DNA from: Macrostomum lignano
Taxonomy: Eukaryota
NCBI GenBank assembly: GCA_002269645.1
Contig: NIVC01000419.1
Coordinates: forward strand, 124,001 to 188,000
DNA: 64,000 nt
Reading direction: 5' to 3'
Part shown: positions 49,376-62,900 of the stretch, piece by piece
Numbering within the stretch: position 1 is the stretch's first letter
Layout of the letters: each line of letters starts with the position of its first letter
The notes under the pieces: generated by a model
What the model saw: only the letters and a program-made list of their open reading frames with translations
Told to the model about the DNA's origin: nothing
The model's database searches: none
Translations under genes and position numbers: made by a program

Positions 49376-50066
49376 NNNNNNNNNNNNNNNNNNNNNNNNN
49401 NNNNNNNNNNNNNNNNNNNNNNNNNNNNNNNNNNNNNNNNNNNNNNNNNNNNNNNNNNNNNNNNNNNNNNNNNNNNNNNNNNNNNNNNNNNNNNNNNNNN
49501 NNNNNNNNNNNNNNNNNNNNNNNNNNNNNNNNNNNNNNNNNNNNNNNNNNNNNNNNNNNNNNNNNNNNNNNNNNNNNNNNNNNNNNNNNNNNNNNNNNNN
49601 NNNNNNNNNNNNNNNNNNNNNNNNNNNNNNNNNNNNNNNNNNNNNNNNNNNNNNNNNNNNNNNNNNNNNNNNNNNNNNNNNNNNNNNNNNNNNNNNNNNN
49701 NNNNNNNNNNNNNNNNNNNNNNNNNNNNNNNNNNNNNNNNNNNNNNNNNNNNNNNNNNNNNNNNNNNNNNNNNNNNNNNNNNNNNNNNNNNNNNNNNNNN
49801 NNNNNNNNNNNNNNNNNNNNNNNNNNNNNNNNNNNNNNNNNNNNNNNNNNNNNNNNNNNNNNNNNNNNNNNNNNNNNNNNNNNNNNNNNNNNNNNNNNNN
49901 NNNNNNNNNNNNNNNNNNNNNNNNNNNNNNNNNNNNNNNNNNNNNNNNNNNNNNNNNNNNNNNNNNNNNNNNNNNNNNNNNNNNNNNNNNNNNNNNNNNN
50001 NNNNNNNNNNNNNNNNNNNNNNNNNNNNNNNNNNNNNNNNNNNNNNNNNNNNNNNNNNNNNNNNNG
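49376..50066. other. Assembly gap (N run)
   Basis: 691 consecutive N. Confidence 1.
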
Positions 50067-51539
50067 TCGACTTCAGCTAAATCGATTGGTCAAGGAGGAC
50101 CCGATCCTGCGCTTATATCATCTGCAAGTTATGAAGGTTTTCAAATTCTAACGCCGAAGATGGAATTAATGATAGACCATCGCGGTAATGTTAGAGAAAG
50201 GAGATTAAAACAGCCATTTAAACACCCGAGGTGGGTTCTCGATCAGATCACAGCTGACCCTGCAGAGGAAGTTCGTGGGCGAGTCACCTTAACGTATTTC
50301 TGGACGTGTAAATAAGGATCAACAACTCAGTTCAGCTGTAAATAGTTTAGTGCTTTGGTGTCGAACGTATGCAGACAGGCAGACAGACAGACAGTCAGAC
50401 AGAAAGACAGACAGACGACAGACAGAAAGACAGACAGACAGAAAGACAGGAAGGCAGGTAGAAAGACAGGCAGACAGACAGACAGACAGACAGACAGACA
50501 GGCAGGCAGATAGACAGAAAGACAGGCAGGCAAACAGACAGACAGACAGACCGGCAGAAAGCCAGGCAGGCAGACAGACAGCAGAAAGACAGGCAGGCAG
50601 ACAGACAGACAGAAAGACAGGCAGGCAGACAGACAGACAGAAAGACAGGCAGGCAGACAGACAGCAGAAAGACAGGCAGGCAGACAGACAGCAGAAAGAC
50701 AGGCAGGCAGACAGAAAGACAGGCAGGCAGACAGAAAGACAGGCAGGCAGACAGAAAGACAGGCAGGCAGACAGAAAGACAGGCAGGCAGACAGAAAGAC
50801 AGGCAGGCAGACAGAAAGACAGGCAGGCAGACAGAAAGACAGGCAGGCAGACAGAAAGACAGGCAGGCAGACAGAAAGACAGGCAGGCAGACAGAAAGAC
50901 AGGCAGGCAGACAGAAAGACAGGCAGGCAGACAGAAAGACAGGCATGACAGAGACATATGGTTCACGAAGAATTTTTCGGCGTAGCCTCGTAATATAATA
51001 TACATTATATTATAGGCAATTATTTCGAGGCCCAGATACTGCATTCTGCATCGACAGTTTTAAGCAGGCGAAACTCCAATCAGGTTCTAAAAGTGTAAGC
51101 TTATGAGAGGCGATTATAAGTCGAGAATAAATTTCATACAGGTAAAACCGGAGCCTGGAGAACATGCGCATGCATGTAAATTAGGCCTTGAATCGGTATA
51201 ACTAATTCAGCAATTCAGCAACAAAATGCAGATGGCTGCATTAGCTACATTCTGCGCATGTGCACTTGAAACTGTACACTGAATAAACCAGTCCTTTCCA
51301 CCCCTCTGCAGTTGCTGGCCCTAGCTAGCTCATTCCCTCAATCCTGTAATTCACCTGTACGCACTCCAACAACCTGTTGCCAACGGAGACTGCAAGAGAG
51401 AGGAAGTCATGTCCTTTCTATCCTCTCATTTTTAACTCCCCATATTCCACTGCTTATTCTGCATGCATTCCATCTCAGTTTCTTTCTCGTGTTGAACTTT
51501 TAGCTGTTGGATTATAGTCTTATAGTTTTAAGGCCTATA

Positions 51540-52200
51540 ATGACGGAAAACTTGCCAAAAGAATTGCGTCACACGCAGCCGCAAAAGTATGCACCTCGGG
51601 CGAGACGCGAACAGCAGCTGCCAATCAGTCAGCAGCACTATGCGGAAGTGCTGCAGGCATTCGAAGCCCCATTCGCTAAGAGTCGCCTCGACGCTATCCA
51701 GTCTCAATTATTGTCCAGATGCGAACAGAGGGACGATCTTGACAGACGAAGCCTGCAGGCCAAGGTGTTCATGGGCCAGGAGTTGAAAACTCGCGACGTG
51801 CACCTGAATAAACCGCTGCGCCCAACCGAGACGGAGGTCAAGGGTGGCCTGCCATCTGCCGAGGGTAATTAATGTTGCTTTTTTTCATTCGAGGGGGGCT
51901 CTTCCGCACCACATCCATTACGCGAGTCGGCGCGCCAGCACCATGCAGGGGCGCCAGCACCATGCAGGGGCGCCAGCGAGGCTTTGCAATTGCCAGCTTG
52001 GGTCTGATGAAAATGAGATGATATTTTACTTTAAATACGAGCTGGTACATCCAGACTTTTGCAAAATCAACTGTAGCTATATTTTGCATCTGTTTTTTTT
52101 ATTAATTTCAGATGTCGTCAACGAGAAGCGAGCCTGGTTGGAGGCGGACGCCAGGCGTTATTGGGATCTCGGAAAGCTTTCTGCTAATACACCGAAATGA
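51540..52200 (+). CDS. Small unknown protein, copy 2 (exons 51540-51864, 52112-52200)
   Basis: Same coding sequence as 48692-49351, inside the duplicated block. Confidence 0.65.
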
Positions 52201-53952
52201 TCAGGGTTGAAAAACCTGTCTATCTATAATTCCGTGTGATATTTTTCTCTTGTTTAAACCTAGCGATCTAAAAAAATAGAAATGTACCTTTAAAACTTTT
52301 TACAGAACATGGTAATATACAAAAGTCCAGTAACTACTTGGCATTTAAATTAAACTTTAGTAAAGACTCAAGCTCTCAGTGATACAATGTTAAAAATAGT
52401 ATATTTTAAGCAAAGAAATTAGCTATCGTAAATTCAAAATTGTGCCGTCTCTAGTATATTCCGGTGTGTGTTTTAAAACAAACAAGAAAGATTTGCGATA
52501 GAATTTCCGTTTGAATAGTAAATCAATTTGAGGTTTCGGTTTTTATACACTTACAAAAACAGAGGACAGCTTCGATCCACTCTGTTCAATTTGCTGAGCC
52601 AGAAAAATAGAAGTATAACAAAACAACTATAAAGGAATTGGACGGAGATTTTTTTACATATACTGGTTTTACGATTATACACCAGAATATCGGAATGCAC
52701 AGGCAGGAGAGAGCACATTAGTAAAGGTTATAATTAGCAGTTGAAGCACATTATTCTTCAATAAAAATAAACTGGGCGAAAGCGTTAGTCTAGTATTTTT
52801 TGGACGGCCTCTTTATACAGCTTTGAACCAGCAAACGGGAAAGTTTTGTTCGGATTTGCGTGGTTACACATAACAAATGTTGCAATTATATACTGCTACG
52901 TATACAGACTGCACTTTCAACAGAATGAAAATAAAACAGCAAAGTCCGCGAAACCGCATCAGACCGATCTGCTGTACAGAATGAAAGCTTGTCGCTGAAT
53001 TTAGCTTTTTTTAAATCACAGTTCGAAGGCAAAATGAGATCACAGTGAGACGCAGGAAAACGCAACAAAGCATGCAACGTAAGCATCAAGTTTCTGTCGT
53101 AGCGAAGTACAAATTTATAAGCAGCCACGAAAGCATTTGATACGTTTAGTGAGAAACATTTAAAACAAAAGTCTATTTAAAATATTTATTTTCGTTTTTA
53201 AAAGATTAAATTAATCTAACCCCTCGTATTAATTCAATGTTTTATGTAGTAGTGTCGTTGTAGTGTGTTTGCTTGTTGGCTGAATCAATTTACTACTATC
53301 ATGGTATGAAATAATTCTCACTTTCAAGTATAAAAATCATTAGTCACTTAAAACAAGCGATAAGCATAAGACACAAATCAGGAAAATTGAGCGTATTCAT
53401 TACATACTCGTATTTCACCAAAATGATAGTCTAATAAAATAAAGTATACGTAAATAATGTATATTAGCTAATCTCGTACTAAGGCGGTCACAAGAACAAC
53501 AGTTTATGAGTTTAAGCTATTTAGATGACAAGATAGCTCGTAAGAGAAGAGGCGGAACAGTAATCGAGCGAAAGGGCTTGAACCGATTGAACGAGTGAAT
53601 GGGGTGGCGGGGGCTATTCTGTGTGTACATTTACGAGTCAACTGAATTTACATTCTAAAAAGGAAAGGGGGAGAGCGCTAGCTAGAACGAATGTTGGATT
53701 GGGGCGGACGGCGCGCAGGCAGCTAAAGTACAATACGCGAATTAAAAATAAAAAAATCTGGCGATTGTAAACACTTTAGTAAGCCCAGACTGGAGGCTCA
53801 TTTATAAAGTTAATGAAATGTTTCGATAAACAATTTTACAAGTAATTAAAAATCAAAGTCAAGCCCAAAAACAACCCAAGCACACCCGGATAGATTTTTG
53901 TACACACTGTACTACTTAATAACGTTAAAATATAAAATCTGGCGATTACAAT

Positions 53953-56900
53953 TTAGTACTGCCTCAGTGCATCTTCCAGCATGGAAACTGCCTGCGGTGT
54001 GCATTGAGCATTCGATCGTGCTCGATCCAGCAGCTCAGCAGGGCCGGAGTAGCTTGCCAAAGTTTGCGCCAATCTGTAGGCGCTAGATTTTAGCGCCACA
54101 GAGCCGGCGCCTGGCGCCGAGGCTAGGCCGCCCAATAGGCGGAACAGCTCCGGCTCCAAATGCAGCTGAGATAGGCGCGGCTTTCTTGGCGCCAAACGCT
54201 CCGCTAGCGCCGCCAGTTTGTCCACCAGTTCCGGTTTTGAGCGCGGATTTCCGGTGGCAACGGCCTGCGGGACCAAATAATTGTCAGATTCTATATGCAT
54301 GTAGGATTTAAACCTAACAGCTGGGTGTTCAGAGTCGATTGAGTAGTGTATGTGGTGCAAAATTTGGTTATACAAGTAATTAAAAGTAATTAAAGTTGAA
54401 AACAGGGTGTTAAAACAGGGGACACCAAAATTGGGAAGTGTCTGAATTACCGAATTGGGAAGTGTCTAAATTACCGAATTGGGAAGTGTCTGAATTACCG
54501 AATTGGGAAGTGTCTGAATTACCGAATTGGGAAGTGTCTGAATTACCGAATTGGGAAGTGTCTGAAGCGCCTCATTTAACTAAAAAGTTCACTTATGTAG
54601 ACCCTGTAATGAGAGAGATGTGCACTTCACCAGTCACCTGTACAAACGGTTGAGCCAGTTTCTCCGAGTCCACCTCCAGGATGAAGATGTCCAGCAGCTG
54701 TCCGGCTAAGCTGGCCAACTCGGCGGATTTCGATGACAGCACGGGAGCAGCGTGCTGCACGAGTGTGTTGGCCACCGTGGGCAGGTAGTTGCGCAACGGG
54801 TGCACCAGCTGCAGGGCGGTTTCCAATGCGTGCTGTTGCACCTTTGAATTGGAATCACCCAGACGAGGCGCGAATGCGTCCATGAACTGCGCGAGAGGGA
54901 CGGGGGCGGATGGAGTGGCTGAGCGGTGCTGAGTGGTCTCAGGTATGAAAAAAGTTTGAAAGTTTAAGCCACGACTTCAAAACCGGATTGTCTTAAAATT
55001 TAAGTCAACCTCTTCAGAACTTTTGAAGATCAACTGGTCCTAACCGCTAAGACAAAACATCACCTGTTTGAATTTTCGAATGACTAATCAAATATACGCT
55101 CGTACTACAAATGAGTTGTCCGAATTGTTTGAGGTACGAGTATTAAGCACTTGGGCATGAAGAAAAGAAGACAGAATAGTACACCAATACATAAAGACAC
55201 AATATGGCACCAAGACACGACACAATAGGATAGCAAAGCATGAAGACACCAAGACATGAAGAGAAGACACAATTGGATAACAATACATGAAGAGAAGACA
55301 CAATAGGACACCAAGACATGAAGACACAATAGGACACCAAGACATGAAGACACAATAGGATAGCAAGGCATGAAGACACCAAGACATGAAGAGAAGACAC
55401 AATGGGACACCAATAAATTACGAGCGTAAAGGCAACAACGGCATTGAGACATAAAGACACGAACACGCGAAGACGCCATACCTTCACAATGCACTGGCCA
55501 ACCAGATCCGTGCGCTCCTGGCTCAGCTCAGCCAGCTGGTCGATCCCGGACAGCCGCTCCTTCCAGTCCGGAGCGTTCAGCCTTTGGCAGGCCGTCTTCA
55601 CCAAGTCGGCGGCCGCGTCGCTCAGCCGACTGTTGCTGCCAGCGGCGCCTCTCTGGCGGCCCAACGGCGCCGACTGTCCCGTCGCCGAGGTCGAAGCGTA
55701 CGATCCGGCCAGACTGGCCGAGTCCGCCGAGCCGGCCGAGTTGCCGCGCCGACTTTTTGTGCCGGCGCTAAACGTCGACGGCGGCTGGTCGCCGACGCCT
55801 TTCAGCCGGAGATTCTCCAGCACATCCTTGAGGTTGCGCATCACAGCAGGTGATACGTGCTTGCTGATCAGCGCGTCAAAGTCCTGGTGGCCGAGCAGCG
55901 GGTACAGAATTGTCCGGCCCCAGTAGCGAGTCTCCTGACTGCCGTCTAGACAGAAATTTGCCGCCGTGGCTAGCAGCTTGTCGGTGACGTCCTTGACGCC
56001 GGAGAGCACCCGGCCGGGGCCCATGCGATCGCACAGCTCGGAGAGAATCTGCGCGCACAGGCTGCGCACCTGGGAGCTCTTGTGGCTGGCGCCGCCCTGA
56101 GCGCCGGGAGGGACAGGGGAGTCTCGCTCGGATTTCAAGTATTGGCAAGCGGTCTCACAGAGTCTCATTCCCCAATCTAAGTCTGTCTCTTCTGAATCTA
56201 TCTTATGCTAGTCTCAAACTAGATCTTGACCTGTTTCCAATCTCAATCTGCAACTGTCTTAATATCTGTTCCATTTTGTACCAATATCGATATCAGAGAT
56301 CCAGTCTTAACAAATCTCATCCAGTCTCACCAAATCCCACGCTGTCCCAGAAAATCTCATCCCGTCTCACCAAATCTCACCCAGTCTCACAACATCGCAT
56401 CCAGTCTCACAAAATCTCAACCAATCTCACTAAATCTCACACAGTCTCAGAAAATCGCGTCCAGTCTCACCAAATCTCATCTAGTCTCACAAAATCGAAT
56501 CCAGTCTCACCAAATCGCATCCAGTCTCACTAAATCTCACCCAGTCTCACTAAATCTCACCCAGTCTCACTAAATCTCACCCAGTCTCACTAAATCTCAC
56601 ACAGTCTCAGAAAATCTCATCCAGTCTCACTAAATCTCACACAGTCTCAGAAAATCGCGTCCAGTCTCACTAAATCTCGCCCAGACTCTTCTCAACTCTG
56701 AACCATTCTCAAATCTCTGCCAGAAAAAATCCCCTAGGATCATTGCTTCACCTGTATGATCGCTCCGAGGGCTCGTCCCTGGTTGCAGTGCTCAACCATG
56801 CTCATCAGTGCCGACTCAGCGTCTTCTTGGATAAATCTGCAGACAGTTGTTGAGAAGCGCATCAGATTGCAATAAAAGTTACAATATAGAGCAGCCATTT

Positions 56901-59900
56901 CCGAGTCAGAAACCTATTGAGCCCTTGGCTGCAGACCCATAGACTGTTCCTATTGTCAAAGTGTCTGTTTAATATATGGCCCCCAAGGAGGGTCAGGACC
57001 TCAACTCAGTCAGGAGCCAAACGGAATGAGCAGAATTGCCTCAGCTCAGGAAACTCACTTGTTAGTCTCGCTGCCTTTCTGCAGTAGAATTTTTGCGCAC
57101 TGCTCAAGCTCAGCGTCCATCCGTTTGCCCAGGTGCTGCAGCAGGCAGCCGAGAGTCGACATTGCCAGTCGGGACACCTGGGAGCGAAGATTTTTCACTT
57201 CGCCAATGACGGCCAGGATCAGCGGGTGCATCTCTCTGGCGGCCACTTCTGGATGGTTTGCGGCCAGTCGTTGAACCAGCTGAAGGCCCTCGCACTTGGC
57301 CTGCCAGTCGCTGGCCTGCACTCGCGTCAGCGCCTCCTGAAGCGATCGGTCTGGATTGGCCAGTGGGCCTGAAGCTGCCGGAGCCGACGACTGAAGCGAT
57401 TCGCTGGACGAAGGCGGCCCCGTCTGGCTCGGCGAAGGTCGCAGCGGTCGGCTGAGGTTCCGCCTGGGGGCTGGTGGCTTCGAGGCTGCCGGAGAGGCTG
57501 CAGCTGCGGCAGCGTCCGGAGCGGCGCTGAAGCTCTCTGTGAATGTGGTGATTGGTTTGTCTAGGGTGAGGTGGTTGAGATTGGGGGAGAGGGGAGATTA
57601 AGGGAAAGGGTGAGATTTGGGGGAGAGAGGGTGAGATTTGAGAGAGAGAGGATGAGATTTGGGGGAGAGAGGGTGAGATTTGAGAGAGAGAGGATGAGAT
57701 TTGGGGGAGAGAGGGTGAGACTTGGAGGGGAGGGTGAGATTTGGGAGGAAAGAGGGTGAGATTTGGGGAGAGAGGGTGAGATTTGGGGGTGAGAGGGTGA
57801 GATTTGAGAGAGAGAGGATGAGATTTGGGGAGAGAGGGTGAGACTTGGAGGGGAGGGTGAGATTTGGGAGGAAAGAGGGTGAGATTTGGGGAGAGAGGGT
57901 GAGATTTGGGGGTGAGAGGGTAAGATTTGGGGGGAGGGTGAGATTTGGGAGGGTAGAGAGTGAGATTTTGGAGGGGAGAGGGTGAGATTTGGGGGAGAGA
58001 GGGTAAGATTTGGAAGGGGGAGGGTGAGATTTGGGAGTAAAGAGGGTGAGATTTGGGAGGAAAGAGGGTGAGATTTGGGAGGAAAGAGGGTGAGATTTGG
58101 GAGGAAAGAGGGTGAGATTTGGGGAGAGAGGGTGAGATTTGGGGGTGAGAGGGTAAGATTTGGGGGGAGGGTGAGATTTGGGAGGGGAGGGTGAGATTGA
58201 TGGAGAGAGGATGAGATAGGAGAGACGGTGAGAAGATAATAAAGAAAAACAGTATAGAATTAAGAATTTCACAATAAAGATGAGAAGCCAGCAGCTCAAA
58301 ACTTGTGTCACGCGCACTCACGGTCGGACACTTTTCTGTTAAGGCTGGCCAAAGCGTAGTTGCGCACGGAGCCCCGGGTGCTCTCGGAGTCGCTGTCCAC
58401 CCCGATGCTGTCCGTGTGCCGCTTGGAGATGGCCAGCTGTTCCTGCGGTGCAAGTTGATTGGCTGGAAGATTAATGACACACTAGAAACAAGAAAAATAA
58501 CGAAAAACGCTAATTGCACTACTAAACACTTACTGAATGAGTTTTTCAAAAAGTTGTATTTTTATTTTCAGGTAAATTACGGAAGTTAGATAAATAATTC
58601 TGATTAGCCAACCAGTGGGTTAAAATGTTCTAATTTTTTTATATTTTCCACTGAAAGAGTTTTAAAACTGAAGAAGAATAGTTTTACAGATAGACTAGCT
58701 ACTAGATTGTTAAATATTCTATTTAAATTAGATTCACTCGTGCCTATGCTACTGCAAGATTTTTATTGTTTTTTCTAAAGGTGTCACCAAGTTATTGTTG
58801 GATTTCCCTATCTAGCTAAGGCGGTTTTGTTTCACCTGGAAGAGCATTTGAGCATAGTCCAGCCTGCTCTGCACCGAGTGACCTCTGCTTTGACTGGGAC
58901 TTGGCTGCTGCAGTGAAGTTGTACAATCGAATTCAATTCATCGATAAGTTTGAAGCTTGTTGAGGTTTAATAAAAACTTCGCCATCAGTAACACCATCAG
59001 TAAACACAGCTTTTTTGTTACAAAAAATGCATTAACTTTTTGTTAGAGTCAACCTGACACATTAATTAAAGTCAACAAGCGGGAGTTGTTAGTAAATGTT
59101 GATATTTTCAATAGCGAATGAGTCAGACAATTATGCCTATTTTGACTTAGTGAGTCAGAGATTTTGTCAGGTTTGATTCTTTAGTCTGACTATTTGTCAG
59201 CTATGACTCGTGTGTCAGGCATGGTGGGTGTCAGCTATGACTCGTGTGTCAGGCATGGTGGGTGTCAGCTATGACTCGTGTGTCAGGCATGATGTCAGCT
59301 ACGACTCATGTGTCAGACATGGTGTCAGCTACGACTCATGTGTCAGGCATGATGTCAGCTACGACTCATGTGTCAGGCATGATGTCAGCTACGACTCATG
59401 TGTCAGGCATGATGTCAGCTACGTCTCGTGTGTCAGGCATGATGTCAGCTACGACTCATGTGTCAGGCATGATGTCAGCTACGTCTCATGTGTCAGGCAT
59501 GATGTCAGCTACGACTCATGTGTCAGGCATGGTGTCAGCTACGACTCATGTGTCAGGCATGATGTCAGCTACGACTCATGTGTCAGGCATGATGTCAGCT
59601 ATGACTCATGTCAGAGATAGTGTCAGACGTTGTGTCAGGTACTCAATACCCCAGAGCACGAGGGTATTTTGCGCCCATCTCAACAGCAATCAGTCGGACC
59701 AAAAGTTAGCACTAACAACTGTTAATTTATAAAAAAGCAATTCCGTATACAAGAAATAATTTCGCTGATATCGATAAATGAGTGTCTTACTTCACGCAAC
59801 TCTTTAGCAAGATTGCTATCAGAGTCTGACACAGTCTGCTCCTGTTGCTGTCTGTGCGACAACTGAGCTGTGTCAGCATTCGCTGAACCCTGAGGACAGG

Positions 59901-62900
59901 CGCGAGATTTTGTTGTTTGAAATAAAATATTCACTCTAGCTTACTAAAAGTAGCTGGTTTAAGTTTTATGAAAAAACCAATCATAAGGCTGATTCCTGAA
60001 AAAAAGATTAGGGGCTGATTTCCGAAGGAGATTAGAGGCCGATTCCTGAAGGAGATTAGAGGTCGATTCCTAAGGGAGTTTAGAGGTCGATTCCTAAGGG
60101 AGTTTAGAGGCCGATTCCTGAAGGAGATTAGAGGCCGATTCGGAAGGGAGATTAGAGGCCGATTCCTGAAGGAGATTAGAGGTCGATTCCTGAAGGAGAT
60201 TAGAGGCCGATTCCTGAACGAGATTAGAGGCCGATTCCTAAAGGAGATTAGAGGCCGATTCCTGAAGGAGATTAGAGGCTGATTATCTGAACGAGATTAG
60301 AGGCCAATCTCTGAAGGAGATTAGAGGCCGATTCCTGAAGGAGATTAGAGGCCGATTCCTGAACGAGATTAGAGGCCGATTCCTAAAGGAGATTAGAGGC
60401 CGATTCCTGAAGGAGATTAGAGGCTGATTATCTGAACGAGATTAGAGGCCAATCTCTGAAGGAGATTAGAGGCCGATTCCTGAAGGAGATTAGAGGCCGA
60501 TTCCTGAAGGAGATTAGAGGCCGATTCCTGAAGGAGATTAGAGGCCGATTCCTGAAGGAGATTAGAGGCCGATTCCTGAAGGAGATTAGAGGCTGATTCC
60601 TGAAGGAGATTAGAGGCCGATTCCTGAAGGAGATTAGAGGCCGATTCGGAAGGGAGATTAGAGGCCGATTCCTGAAGGAGATTAGAGGTCGATTCCTGAA
60701 GGAGATTAGAGGCCGATTCCTGAACGAGATTAGAGGCCGATTCCTAAAGGAGATTAGAGGCCGATTCCTGAACGAGATTAGAGGCCGATTCCTGAAGGAG
60801 ATTAGAGGCCGATTCCTGAACGAGATTAGAGGCCGATTCCTGAAGGAGATTAGAGGCCGATTCCTGAACGAGATTAGAGGCCGATTCCTGAACGAGATTA
60901 GAGGCCGATTCCTGAAGGAGATTAGAGGCCGATTCCTGAACGAGATTAGAGGCCGATTCCTGAAGGAGATTAGAGGCCGATTCCTGAAGGAGATTAGAGG
61001 CCGATTCCTGAACGAGATTAGAGGCCGATTCCTGAAGGAGATTAGAGGCCGATTCCTGAACGAGATTAGAGGCCGATTTCTGAACGAGATTAGACGCTGA
61101 TTTCTGAACGAGATTAGAGGCCGATTCCGAAGGGAGATTAGAGGCCGATTCCTGAACGAGATTAGAGGCCGATTCCTGAACGAGATTAGAGGCCGATTCC
61201 TGAACGAGATTAGAGGCCGATTCCTGAAGGAGATTAGAGGCCGATTCCTGAAGGAGATTAGAGGCCGATTCCTGAAGGAGATTAGAGGCCGATTCCTGAA
61301 GGAGATTAGAGGCTGATTATCTGAACGAGATTAGAGGCCAATCTCTGAAGGAGATTAGAGGCCGATTCCTGAAGGAGATTAGAGGCTGATTCCTGAAGGA
61401 GATTAGAGGCCGATTCCTGAAGGAGATTAGAGGCCGATTCCTGAAGGAGATTAGAGGCCGATTCCTGAAGGAGATTAGAGGCCGATTCCTGAAGGAGATT
61501 AGAGGCCGATTCCTGAAGGAGATTAGAGGCTGATTTCTGAAGGAGATTAGAGGCCGATTCCTGAAGGAGATTAGAGGCCGATTCCTGAAGGAGATTAGAG
61601 GCCGATTCCTGAAGGGAGATTAGAGGCCGATTCCTGAAGGAGATTAGAGGCTGATTTCTGAAGGAGATTAGAGGCCGATTCCTGAACATTAGAGGCCGAT
61701 TCCGAAGGGAGATTAGAGGCCGATTCCTGAAGGAGATTAGAGGCTGATTCCTGAAGGAGATTAGAGGCCGATTCCTGAAGGAGATTAGAGGCCGATTCCT
61801 GAAGGCATTTAGAGGCCGATTCCTGAAGATGCTTTCAGGGACTGCTGAAGATCCTGAAGGCAGCTCACCTCTCGCAGCTCGCGAATGAGCCTCTCATCTT
61901 CTGTCTCAGCTTTGCTGGCGCTCCTCTCGGCCGCCGCCCGCTGCCGCTGCCGCAAGGCCACGCTCTCCCGCAGGGTGTTGCTGAGGGTCCGCTGCAGCTG
62001 CTGCTGCTGCTGCTGCCTTCCTCTATCGCTGGGCGCAGAATCCTCCTCATCATCGGGGCCTCCGTTGCCAATCAAATTTGGCCGATAGGCGGTGCCCTGA
62101 ACTCCGCCGCTGAGCGCTGAGGAGTCAGTCGCGACTGCCGAAGGTGCCGAGCTGACGTTTCCACCGCTGCCGCTGCCAAAGCCGCCGCTGCTGGTGAGGA
62201 CCTCAGCGCGAGGTAAAGGACTCACGGCAGCTGGTTGCACCTCGAATACACCTGCGGAGTGTGGGATGTGGGGTGTGGGATGTGGACTGTGGGATGTGGT
62301 GTTTGACAATTGAAGAAGAATATTTGATAATTTACGCAAACTGGGTCAATCCAGCTTACAGTTCAAGTACTATCGCAAAATTGTACTTTTAAATAAGGAC
62401 GTCGCCGAAGACGTTGCGCCATGTTGGGCCGGGGTGAAATTTGGTCAAATCAAATTTATTGCAATATTACAAGCTTAAATCAGTTGATATTCAGTTGATA
62501 TTTAAACAGTTCGACTTTGATAAGAATTTTACCTGCAGCCTCATCGATTCCGCCTGTTAATTGGTTAGTACACATGAGAATTCGGTGAAAAATTATCGGG
62601 TGTTTTTTCAGGATAAAACTGTTTTAAGAAAATTGAATTAAACAGAAACGCCTGTGCCCTGCCTACCTCTGCCAACAATGTTGAACTCCCTGCCGCCTCG
62701 CTGCAGGCCCGAATCTGCGTTGTCAGAATCCAAGACTGATGCCGCTTGTATTGGCGAGCTCGAGTACGTACCTGCGAAGGTGTTAGATAGGGAAATCCCA
62801 GTGTGTTAGATAGGGAAATCCCAGTGTGCTAGATAGGGAAATCCCAGTGTGTTAGATAGGGAAATCCCAGTGTGTTAGATAGGGAAATCCCAGTGTGCTA

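Larger units (their letters stand above)
47219..52224. repeat. 2.16-kb near-identical direct duplication (47219-49375 vs 50067-52224) flanking a 691-N gap
   Basis: Constant offset of 2848/2849; only a handful of substitutions and homopolymer indels differ. Confidence 0.95.

Noticed and set aside
49263-50315. 350-aa ORF across the gap
   Set aside because: Artefact of reading through Ns.
52886-53128. 80-aa minus-strand ORF downstream of TOGARAM
   Set aside because: AT-rich, with no recognisable motif or supporting splice structure.
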